Positions 56,154 to 64,000 of a stretch of DNA of 64,000 nt are shown here, piece by piece (position 1 is the first letter of the stretch; every line of letters starts with the position of its first letter). Position numbers and translations under genes: made by a program. The DNA comes from an uncultured Novosphingobium sp. GTDB lineage: Bacteria > Pseudomonadota > Alphaproteobacteria > Sphingomonadales > Sphingomonadaceae. The stretch spans positions 12,201-76,200 of the forward strand of contig CAZRVW010000001.1 in NCBI GenBank assembly GCA_964603645.1. Reading direction: 5' to 3'. A model generated the notes under the pieces. That model did not search any database. It had not been told where the DNA came from and saw only the letters and a list, made by a program, of their open reading frames with translations.

Positions 56154-57672
56154 GACTGTCGCAGCACTTCTTGCTGCAAATGCTGCGCAGCATGGCGATG
56201 CGGAGGCGGTGGTCGATCCGCATGGCCGGATTTCCTGGGCTGGCCTCGAAAGCGATAGCGCCAGACGTGGCGCCTCGCTTGTCGAACTCGGGGTGAACAA
56301 GGGCCATCGTGTCGCGCTCATGGCCGAAAACAGCGTGGATTGGGCGATCTGGGCCTGTGCGGTGATGCGGATTGGCGCGGTGCTGGTGCCACTATCGACC
56401 ATGTTGCGCGGGCCGGAGATCGAGAGCCAGCTGCGCGTGGCAGGCGTGCGGCATCTAATTTTTCAGCCCGGGATTCGCGGCCGTGACATGCGATTAGAGC
56501 TCAATGCGTTCGAGCGATCCGCCCTGCCTTCGCTGCGCAGCATGAAATGCAGCATGGATGAGCTGCCGCCCGCCTCGGACAAAGCCGCGGCGGTAGCGCA
56601 GGCACTAACCGACAAACTGCTCCCTGCCGATGAAATGGCGGTGATTTTCACCTCGGGAAGCAGCGGTGAGCCCAAAGGCGTGATCCATACCCACGGCGGG
56701 GCAATCCGCGCCAATGCGAGCGGCAATGCGGTGCGCTGTATCAACTACGAAACGCGGCTCTATCTGCCCATGCCGTTGTTCTGGACCGGCGGATTTGCCG
56801 GCGGCCTGTTCTCCGCGCTCAACACCGGTTGCACCCTGCTGACCGAGGCTGGCGGCGACGACAGCGAATCGCTGAAGTTCCTGGCCCGCGAGAAGGTCAC
56901 GCTGTTTCGCGGATGGCCGGATCAGGCCGCACGCATGGCCGCTCACCCCGATTTTGCGCAACTGGATCTCTCTTCACTTGGACCCGGCAGCTTAGACGAG
57001 ATCATGCCCTACGAACCGCCGCCGACAGGCGCACGCGCGCCGCAGCTAGGCATGACCGAGAGCTTCGGCCCCTATTGCGGCTATGCCCTCGACCAGCTTC
57101 TGCCCGATGGGAAGCACGGCTCGATGGGCCGGCCGTTTCCAGGCCGGCAAGTACGCATTGCCGATCCCGATAACGGCGCGCTGCTGGGTGCCGACGAGGT
57201 CGGCGCAATCCAGGTCGGCGGCCCGACCATATTGAAGGGCATCTGCGGGCGCGAGCGCGAAGACGTGTTCACACCAGACCTGTGGTACGACACTGGCGAC
57301 ATGGGGCAGCTCGATGCGGACGGCTTTCTTTGGTTTTCAGGACGACGCGACGCGATGGTCAAGATCGCCGGGGCGAGCGTCTATCCGGTAGAGACCGAAG
57401 GTGCGCTCAAGGAGATCGCCGGAGTGGAGCGCGCCGTTGTCTGCGACGTCACCATCGACGGCGAATTGCGGTTAGGCGCGGCTGTGGCGGGCAAGGACCT
57501 GTCAGTCGAGGCACTGGCCAGTGCAGTGCGCGACAGTCTGAGTGCGTTCAAGGTGCCGCGGCTGTGGCTGGTGCTCGAACCAGGCGAGGATTTCCCAAGG
57601 CTGGTTACGGACAAGGTCGACATGCCCGCTCTGCGCGACCTGATTCTCGCACGCGGCGTTACTTTCCCTTGA
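56143..57672 (+). CDS. AMP-forming acyl-CoA ligase
   Basis: GTG start after GGAG; FTSGSSGEPKGVIHTHG, LGMTE, DTGD, GRRD, TDKVD. Confidence 0.88.
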   Translation: MSAETVAALLAANAAQHGDAEAVVDPHGRISWAGLESDSARRGASLVELGVNKGHRVALMAENSVDWAIWACAVMRIGAVLVPLSTMLRGPEIESQLRVAGVRHLIFQPGIRGRDMRLELNAFERSALPSLRSMKCSMDELPPASDKAAAVAQALTDKLLPADEMAVIFTSGSSGEPKGVIHTHGGAIRANASGNAVRCINYETRLYLPMPLFWTGGFAGGLFSALNTGCTLLTEAGGDDSESLKFLAREKVTLFRGWPDQAARMAAHPDFAQLDLSSLGPGSLDEIMPYEPPPTGARAPQLGMTESFGPYCGYALDQLLPDGKHGSMGRPFPGRQVRIADPDNGALLGADEVGAIQVGGPTILKGICGREREDVFTPDLWYDTGDMGQLDADGFLWFSGRRDAMVKIAGASVYPVETEGALKEIAGVERAVVCDVTIDGELRLGAAVAGKDLSVEALASAVRDSLSAFKVPRLWLVLEPGEDFPRLVTDKVDMPALRDLILARGVTFP

Positions 57673-58444
57673 ACTGAGGCGCGCGGCGCTCGGCAAAGGC
57701 CATCACGCCTTCCTTGAAATCGTCTGTCGTCACAGCGGCCTGCTGGCTTTCCGCCTCGACCTGAAGCGTCGCCTCGAAGCTGTCTTCAAGCGCCTTGCGC
57801 ACCTGTTGCTTGATCAGCGCCAGCGATTTGGTCGGCATCGCCGCCAGCTTCACCGCAATCTCGCGAGCCCGGTCCATCAGCAGGTCGTCATCGACCACTT
57901 CGGTCACGAGATTGCAGCGCTCGGCCTTTTCGGCGCTCATCTTGCCGGCCAGCAGTGCCATTTCCAGAGCGCGTACCCGGCCCGCCGCGCGCGCCACCAG
58001 CCAGGTGCCGCCGACGTCAGGGGTCAGCCCGAGATTGGCGAATGTGAACACGAAATTCGCGCTCTTCGCCGCAACGATAATGTCGCCCGCAAGAGCAAGT
58101 GACGCCCCTGCGCCCGCCGCCACGCCGTTGACAGCAGTGACCACCGGCACTGGCGCATCGGCGAAGGCGCGCGCCAGCGGTTTGTAGTAGGTCTCCATCA
58201 TCCCAAGTACGTCGGTCTTGCCTTCGCCGACACCGGCCCCGCCAAGGTTTGCCCCGGCACAGAAGCCTCGCCCGGCACCTGTCACGACCAGCGCGCGGGC
58301 TCCTGCAGCCACTTCGCCCGTCATCGTCGAGGCAATCTCCAGCGCCATGTCGGGCGAGAATGCGTTGAGCACTTCCGGCGCATTGAGCGTTACGATCGAG
58401 ACTTCACCCTCGCGTTCGACCAGCACATTGATCGTTTCACTCAT
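57659..58444 (-). CDS. Enoyl-CoA hydratase/isomerase, PaaG-like
   Basis: Start ATG 58444; FCAGAN, AAGAGASLALAGD, GLTPDVGG, AFAERRAPQF; 14-nt convergent overlap with the ligase. Confidence 0.88.
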   Translation of the reverse strand: MSETINVLVEREGEVSIVTLNAPEVLNAFSPDMALEIASTMTGEVAAGARALVVTGAGRGFCAGANLGGAGVGEGKTDVLGMMETYYKPLARAFADAPVPVVTAVNGVAAGAGASLALAGDIIVAAKSANFVFTFANLGLTPDVGGTWLVARAAGRVRALEMALLAGKMSAEKAERCNLVTEVVDDDLLMDRAREIAVKLAAMPTKSLALIKQQVRKALEDSFEATLQVEAESQQAAVTTDDFKEGVMAFAERRAPQFKGK

Positions 58445-58453
58445 CGGATTACC

Positions 58454-58467
58454 TTGGTCTGACAGTT
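58454..58467. promoter_or_regulatory. Candidate FadR-type operator, motif 2 variant
   Basis: TTGGTCTGACAGTT adjoining the RBS of 57659..58444 in a divergent intergenic region. Confidence 0.45.
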
Positions 58468-58541
58468 TCCCGCTGAGCCTTGCAGCACTCGACAAGCACT
58501 GTCCATACCGGCAGGAACTAGGCCTGAGATGGAGGACCGAA

Positions 58542-58952
58542 ATGGCTGAATTGACCGCCGAGAGCCTGATCGCGGCCGAACATGCGCGCCGCGCGGCAAT
58601 TGTCGCACTCGAAATGGATGCGCTCGAAGCGATGACGGCCGATCACTTTCACTATGCCCACGTTTCCGGATTGGTCGAAACGCGCGAGGAGTACTTCGAG
58701 CGCACCCGCGCCAGCCTCGATTCTCCGGCACGGATCGTGGCGACCAGCGCGCGCGACATCGAAGTGGAACTGCGCAAGGGCTACGCGCTGTTGAAGGGCA
58801 AGTCGCATCTCGACACGACCCTGATGAAATTCGACTCGCTGTTTCTCTCGGTCTGGGAACCTGGAGAGAACGGCTGGATGATCGTGGCCTACGCCTCGAC
58901 CCCGGTCGAACTCCCCGCCTCGTTCCTCGCGGCTGATCGGATCGAGTCCTAG
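58542..58952 (+). CDS. NTF2-like protein (DUF4440 type)
   Basis: Start ATG 58542 after GGAGG; RRAAIVALEMDAL, FHYAHVSG.VETR, FLSVW....GWMIVAYAST. Confidence 0.75.
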   Translation: MAELTAESLIAAEHARRAAIVALEMDALEAMTADHFHYAHVSGLVETREEYFERTRASLDSPARIVATSARDIEVELRKGYALLKGKSHLDTTLMKFDSLFLSVWEPGENGWMIVAYASTPVELPASFLAADRIES

Positions 58953-59725
58953 CCCCCGAACGGCGGCTGGGTCAGGATCGTGTGCGGACGCGATTCGCTG
59001 CGCTTCCACAGCCGCTTGAGCACCGCCACTGCCTCGTCCGGTGCTTCGTAGGGCCAGAAGTGATCGGCTGGCACGGTGTTGAATTCCGCTCCAATCCGGT
59101 TGGCCATGCGCCGCCCGATCTCCGTCGGAACCACCAGGTCGTTCTCGCCCCAGATAAAGGCCGTTGGAATGACGATCTTCGCGAGGTCGTCCGCCCATTC
59201 GGTGCCGATGTTGATCGCCGAGCGGTAGAGACTCATGATCCGGTGCACACTCTTGGGATATTCGAAGGCGTTGTGTTTCGCATCGTCGGGCGGAAAGCCC
59301 ATGCGCTCCAGCATCGGCGCCATGGCCTGCCCGCCTTCAAGCGCATCGGAAATCTGCTCGCCCAGCCCCGGCTTCATCCATTCGGTCCACAGGTTGTGGA
59401 TCGGCCAATGCGGATCGATCGGCGCATTGCCGACCGCGAGCGAGCGCAGCAGTTCGGGCCGGAGCGATGCCGCACGCAGGGCGATCAGGCAGCCCCAGTC
59501 GTGGCCGACAAGGTGCACCGGCCCGCCGCGTTCGTGCAGACCCTCGATCTGTTCGATCGCCCAATCGACATAGCTTTCCTTAACTGGCTCCCAGCCTTCG
59601 GGCGGCTCAGCGACGAAGCCAGGAAGATCGGGCGCGAGCACTTCGTCGTCGCGGTCGATGCGCGAGAGGATCGGTTGCCACAGGCGGGCGGTGGCGGGAA
59701 CACCGTGGATGAAAAGGACGGGCAT
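58949..59725 (-). CDS. Alpha/beta-fold hydrolase (Asp nucleophile; epoxide hydrolase/dehalogenase-like)
   Basis: FIHGVP, PDLPGF, VGHDWG, WGEND, DHFW. Confidence 0.88.
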   Translation of the reverse strand: MPVLFIHGVPATARLWQPILSRIDRDDEVLAPDLPGFVAEPPEGWEPVKESYVDWAIEQIEGLHERGGPVHLVGHDWGCLIALRAASLRPELLRSLAVGNAPIDPHWPIHNLWTEWMKPGLGEQISDALEGGQAMAPMLERMGFPPDDAKHNAFEYPKSVHRIMSLYRSAINIGTEWADDLAKIVIPTAFIWGENDLVVPTEIGRRMANRIGAEFNTVPADHFWPYEAPDEAVAVLKRLWKRSESRPHTILTQPPFGG

Positions 59726-60459
59726 CAGCGGTACGCCCAGCCGCCGTCGACGGTCAAAGTGTCGCCGGTGATGTAGCTCGATTCATCGGATGTCAGGAAC
59801 AGCATCGCCCGCACCACGTCATCAGCCTTGCCCAGCCGCTTGAGCGCCGGTGTCTCGGTCAGTCGGTCGCGCGATGTTTCAAGCAGTTCGGTCACCATGT
59901 CGGTCGGGATGGTGCCAGGACACACCGTGTTAACCCGGACGTCAGGCCCCAATTCCATGGCGAGGCAATTGCTCAGCATGATGACACCTGCCTTGGACAC
60001 CGCATAGGCAGTCGTGCTCGGCGCAGGACGCAGGCCACCAATAGATGAGATGTTGACGATCGTGCCTCCCCCGGCGCGTTTCATTGCAGGAGCCAAGGCC
60101 TGGCACATCAGCATGGTTCCGGTGAGATTGACATCCAGCACCCGGTTCCACTCGGCGAGCGAGGTTTGCAGAAGCGGCTTCATGTTGAGAATACCCGCCG
60201 CGTTGATCAGGCCATCGATCCCGCGCAGCGCCTGCTCGGCTTCGGCGCAAAATCGCTCGACATCGGCCTCGTCCGAGACATCGCAACCCGCGCCAAATTG
60301 TCCCAACCGGTCAGCGTTGGCGCGCACGGCCTGCTCGTCGCGGTCGCACAAGGCGAGGCTCGCCCCCTCGGCAGCGAATATCTCCGCCGTGGCAAGGCCC
60401 ATGCCCCGCGCCGCGCCGGTGACGACGATTCGCCGCCCCTTCAGCCGGTCACCTGCCAT
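59725..60459 (-). CDS. SDR oxidoreductase
   Basis: Start ATG 60459 after GGGAGAG; TGAARGMG, NAAG, YAVSK, VDGG. Confidence 0.92.
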   Translation of the reverse strand: MAGDRLKGRRIVVTGAARGMGLATAEIFAAEGASLALCDRDEQAVRANADRLGQFGAGCDVSDEADVERFCAEAEQALRGIDGLINAAGILNMKPLLQTSLAEWNRVLDVNLTGTMLMCQALAPAMKRAGGGTIVNISSIGGLRPAPSTTAYAVSKAGVIMLSNCLAMELGPDVRVNTVCPGTIPTDMVTELLETSRDRLTETPALKRLGKADDVVRAMLFLTSDESSYITGDTLTVDGGWAYR

Positions 60460-60587
60460 ATCGTTCTCTCCCAAAAAGATTGTCTCGAAAGGCTATGCGC
60501 CCCGCTTGCGCGAAATCAAGGCACAATCGCCCGCTTGATTCCACCAGCGATATGCCGGACACTTGGCCGCATATCGGGAGACCAACT

Positions 60588-61811
60588 ATGAACACGCAAG
60601 TCCAGGAGCGCCCTCAGGCAAGGGCCGGACAGACGCTCAAGATCATCGACGTCGACACGCACTGGAGCGAGCCAGAAGATCTGTGGACCAGCCGCGCGCC
60701 TGCCAAGTGGAAGGATCGCGTACCGCAGATGAAGCTCGATTCGAGTGGCCAGCGGATGTGGACCATCGATGGCGACATTTCGATGGGTCTTGGCTCCGCT
60801 TCGAGCGTCGTCCACGATACCGGTCGCAAGGCTATCGGAACCGAGTTCACCAAATGGGGCGTCAACGACGTACATCCCGCTTGCTCGCAGGTCGGCCCGC
60901 GCCTGGAAATGATGGATGAGCAAGGCATCTGGGCCCACGTTCTCTATCCCAACGTCATGGGTTTCGGCGGCCAGGGACGGCTGACCGCCGACGGCAACCG
61001 TGCGGCGACCGTCGATGCCGACCTGCGCCTGATGTCGACCCAGATCTACAACGATGCCGGCGCAGAAATGCAGGAGCAGTCTGGCGGGAGGATGTTGCCA
61101 CAGGCGCTGCTGCCGTGGTGGGATATCAAGCTGGCAGTCGCCGAGGCGGAGCGCTGCTTCGACATGGGCATGACAGGGGTCAACATCAATTCCGATCCGC
61201 ATCTCAACGGCATGGTCGACCTGTCGGAAGATTACTGGACGCCTTTGTGGGAGCTTTGCAGCGACAAGGGCGCGCCAATAAATTTCCACATTGGCGCGAG
61301 CGATTCGTCATCGAGCTGGTTCGGCAATTCGCCGTGGCCTTCGTTCGATAATGCCCAGAAGCTGGCGATGGGCTCGGCCATGATGTTCATCGCCAACAGC
61401 CAGGTGATCGGCAACCTCATCATTTCCGGCCTACTGGAACGCTTCCCAAAACTTAAATTCGTCTCCGTCGAAAGCGGCGTGGGCTGGCTGCCATTCCTGC
61501 TCGAGGCGCTCGATTACCAGATTGCCGAATCCGGAGCCGGCATCGGCGGACGTTATTCTATGAGCGCGCTCGAATATTTCCGCCGCAACATTTTCTCATG
61601 TTTCTGGTTCGAGCAGGAGGACTTCGCCCATGTCGCGCGCAAGCTTGGCATCGACAACATCATGTTCGAAAGCGATTTCCCGCATCCGACCTGCCTCTAT
61701 CCCGATCCGCTGGCCTCGACGAGCAAGGCGTTGTCAGGCTTCACCGAAGAGGAGAAGGTCAAGGTGCTGAGCACCAATGCGGCGCGGTGCTACAACCTTG
61801 ACCTGAGCTAG
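60588..61811 (+). CDS. Amidohydrolase_2 family protein (ACMSD-like hydratase/decarboxylase group)
   Basis: Start ATG 60588 after GGGAG; DVDTHWSE, FHIG, LERFPKLK..VESG.GW, FESDFPHP. Confidence 0.88.
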   Translation: MNTQVQERPQARAGQTLKIIDVDTHWSEPEDLWTSRAPAKWKDRVPQMKLDSSGQRMWTIDGDISMGLGSASSVVHDTGRKAIGTEFTKWGVNDVHPACSQVGPRLEMMDEQGIWAHVLYPNVMGFGGQGRLTADGNRAATVDADLRLMSTQIYNDAGAEMQEQSGGRMLPQALLPWWDIKLAVAEAERCFDMGMTGVNINSDPHLNGMVDLSEDYWTPLWELCSDKGAPINFHIGASDSSSSWFGNSPWPSFDNAQKLAMGSAMMFIANSQVIGNLIISGLLERFPKLKFVSVESGVGWLPFLLEALDYQIAESGAGIGGRYSMSALEYFRRNIFSCFWFEQEDFAHVARKLGIDNIMFESDFPHPTCLYPDPLASTSKALSGFTEEEKVKVLSTNAARCYNLDLS

Positions 61812-61826
61812 GCGCGAACGCCGGGC

Positions 61827-61864
61827 AAAAGCGAGTTGCGCGATAACCGAGCCGAGCAACTCGC
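61827..61864 (-). terminator. Probable intrinsic terminator between convergent genes
   Basis: GCGAGTTGC (61831) and GCAACTCGC (61856) inverted repeat preceded by AAAA, giving a U-tract on the minus strand. Confidence 0.5.
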
Positions 61865-61930
61865 CATACATATTTCTATTGTCGCATCGTTTTTCGCGGA
61901 AAACCGCTTCCCACTTCTCCGCACGATGCT

Positions 61931-64000
61931 CTATCGCGTTCGCGGTAGGCCCAGCGTCTTTTCCGCCACCATCGAGCGCTGCACTTCACTGGTGCCGCCG
62001 TAGGTCACCGCGACCTGCGAGTGGCGGAAGCACTGGTTGATGAAAGCGGCGTGCTTGTTCTCGAAGGCGAGCGATTCGGGCGCAGTGAGATTCATTATGT
62101 CGAACGAATCCCGGCGATAGGCTTCCGCCGAAAACAGCTTGCTCGCTGGACCATAGGCAAAGTTCGGCTTGCCTTCCGCGCCGACCCACAGGATGCGCTT
62201 GCGCAGGCAATCCGAGGCCAGTGCATTGGCGTTCGCCTTGGTCAAACGACGGCGCGCACCAGGATGCTCGATCAGCGGCTTGCCGTCGCGAGTCAGGTCC
62301 TTGCACAGCTCTTCGGCGGCTTCGACCAGCCGGTGCTGATAGGGCGCGAAAGACATGCCCTGCTCGATCTCCAGCGCCAGCGCGAGCACCTGCACCCCGC
62401 CATTGACCTCACCCAGGCGCCATTCGTCGGGCACCTTGAGGCCATCGTAAAAGGTCTGGTTGGTGCGCTCGTCCTGGAAGGTATGGACCGCCTGCACGGT
62501 AACTTCGGGCACTTTGAGCGGCACCATGAACATCGTGATGCCCTTGTGCTTGGGCGCATCGGGATCGGTGCGGGTGAGCAGGATCGCAAAGTCGGCATGT
62601 TCGGCGCCACTGGTGAAGATCTTCTGACCGTCGATGCGCCAGGCGTTGCCTTCTTTCACCGCCCTGGTCTTGGCGGCGAAGACATCGGACCCCGAACCTG
62701 GCTCGCTGTAGCCAAGCGAACAAATCGATTCGCCCGAGATGATCTTGTCGAGCACCTCGCGCTTCAGCGTTTCGGTACCGAACTTGTCGATCATCATGCC
62801 GATGATGTTGCTTGTGCCACGCGGATGGGCGGTCCAGTTGAAGTCTTCCCAGACGCGGATCGCGGCTTCCATCGCATAAGGGCTGGCGTTGCGCCCGCCC
62901 ATGTGCTCGGGCCACTCGGGAAACAGCAGTCCGGCCTCGGCCATCTTGCGGTTCACCGATGGGACGTATCCCGAGTAGGAATAGTGCGCCTTCGACAACT
63001 CCTCTTCGGTAAGCTGCGTCTCGAAGAATTTGCGGGTTTCCTCGGCGAGGCCCAGCTCCTCGGGCGCCAGCGAGAAGTTGACCGAGACATCTCCCGCGTC
63101 GGGCAGCGACGCCGTGGCTCCCGCGTAGCGACGCTCCGCAGCCTCATCGAGCAGGGTTTCGGGGTCGCCCATGATGAGCAGCCATGCACGCGAGCGCAGG
63201 TTGAACAGGTGAATGTCGTATTCGAGCGTCAAGCCATAGCCGCCGAAAGTGTGAAGCGAATGCATGACCGCCTGCTCGGCGGCATTACCGGCCCACCATG
63301 CCGCCATGGCCAGGGTTTCGCCGGCCGTTTCCGGCTCGCGCGCAATATCGCTGACCGCGCGCCACACCATCAGACGCCCGGCATCGACTGCGACGATGGC
63401 ATCAGCGAGCGGATGCGAAACTCCCTGATAGGCGCCGATGGGCTTGCCGAACTGCACGCGCTCGCACGCATATTCGCTGGCCAGCCGGATGGCTTCTGCG
63501 GACAGGCCTATGAGCGCCGATCCGATCAGAAGTTTCCATTCCTCGAGCGCGGCGGCGAAGCGCGTTGTCGCGTCGCTTCCACTGGCGAGCACCGAAGCAT
63601 CGCCCGCCGACAAATCGATACGGTCGATCGGAGTCGAGGCAAGGGACTTTTCCGGTTCGCTGTTCGGTGCACGACGCACCAGCACCACGTCATCCCCACG
63701 CCTTGCAATAATTGCGCTTGTAGCGGCGGCGCCGGCAACAAGCTGCACCGGCTGCTCGCTCACATCGTGCATGGCGATGGTCACGACCTGGCTTCCAGCT
63801 ATCGCCTCGTCGAGCAGATCGCTGTCCCCTCCGAGATCGGCCAGCAGGCTGTTGGCGACGAGCGCCTCTGCCAGCGGCCCCGAAACCAGCGTGCGCCCCG
63901 CCTGCTCCATCAGCAGCACCGCATCGAACAAGCCGAGGCCAAGCCCACCCTTGTCCTCTGTAACCCGCAGGCCGAGCGCGCCAAGCTCGCCAAGGCCGCT
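61931..64000 (-). CDS. Fused two-domain acyl-CoA dehydrogenase (beta+alpha; 5' truncated by window edge)
   Basis: Frame open to 64000; first domain RVQFGKPIGAYQGVSH and HTFGGYG; second domain SLGYSEPGSGSD, GQKIFTS, TYGGTSEVQR. Confidence 0.9.
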   Translation of the reverse strand, partial: SGLGELGALGLRVTEDKGGLGLGLFDAVLLMEQAGRTLVSGPLAEALVANSLLADLGGDSDLLDEAIAGSQVVTIAMHDVSEQPVQLVAGAAATSAIIARRGDDVVLVRRAPNSEPEKSLASTPIDRIDLSAGDASVLASGSDATTRFAAALEEWKLLIGSALIGLSAEAIRLASEYACERVQFGKPIGAYQGVSHPLADAIVAVDAGRLMVWRAVSDIAREPETAGETLAMAAWWAGNAAEQAVMHSLHTFGGYGLTLEYDIHLFNLRSRAWLLIMGDPETLLDEAAERRYAGATASLPDAGDVSVNFSLAPEELGLAEETRKFFETQLTEEELSKAHYSYSGYVPSVNRKMAEAGLLFPEWPEHMGGRNASPYAMEAAIRVWEDFNWTAHPRGTSNIIGMMIDKFGTETLKREVLDKIISGESICSLGYSEPGSGSDVFAAKTRAVKEGNAWRIDGQKIFTSGAEHADFAILLTRTDPDAPKHKGITMFMVPLKVPEVTVQAVHTFQDERTNQTFYDGLKVPDEWRLGEVNGGVQVLALALEIEQGMSFAPYQHRLVEAAEELCKDLTRDGKPLIEHPGARRRLTKANANALASDCLRKRILWVGAEGKPNFAYGPASKLFSAEAYRRDSFDIMNLTAPESLAFENKHAAFINQCFRHSQVAVTYGGTSEVQRSMVAEKTLGLPRTR

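Noticed and set aside
57659-58952. Convergent 3' overlaps at 57659-57672 and 58949-58952
   Set aside because: Short convergent overlaps are common in compact GC-rich genomes
1-64000. Mobile-element boundaries for the island
   Set aside because: No integrase, transposase, tRNA attachment site or terminal repeats seen; both edges cut through genes

Overview
GC-rich bacterial DNA, probably an alphaproteobacterium of the Sphingomonadales type (inferred from composition and gene families, not proven). The whole 64 kb is one dense catabolic island of about 57 CDS, and I found no rRNA, tRNA, CRISPR array, integrase or transposase. It encodes three tandem CYP101 (P450cam)-like P450s, an epoxide hydrolase, a Baeyer-Villiger monooxygenase, six acyl-CoA ligases, nine crotonase-superfamily proteins, seven acyl-CoA dehydrogenase genes (two alpha/beta pairs and one fusion among them), four family III CoA-transferases, a thiolase, an Ltp2-like aldolase with its DUF35 partner, four amidohydrolases, three SDRs, three NTF2-fold proteins, yjcH-actP and two GntR/FadR regulators. 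The most notable unit is an operon of dcaA-like and dcaH-like genes followed by mct (mesaconyl-CoA C1-C4 transferase) and mcd (methylsuccinyl-CoA dehydrogenase). It suggests a route that funnels a methyl-branched dicarboxylate, possibly terpenoid-derived, into mesaconyl-CoA. Two recurring operator-like motifs appear to split the island into a left and a right regulon, and a nested-hairpin element lies at 39123-39250. All product calls rest on motifs and remembered family signatures; no database search was run, and the substrate is unknown.
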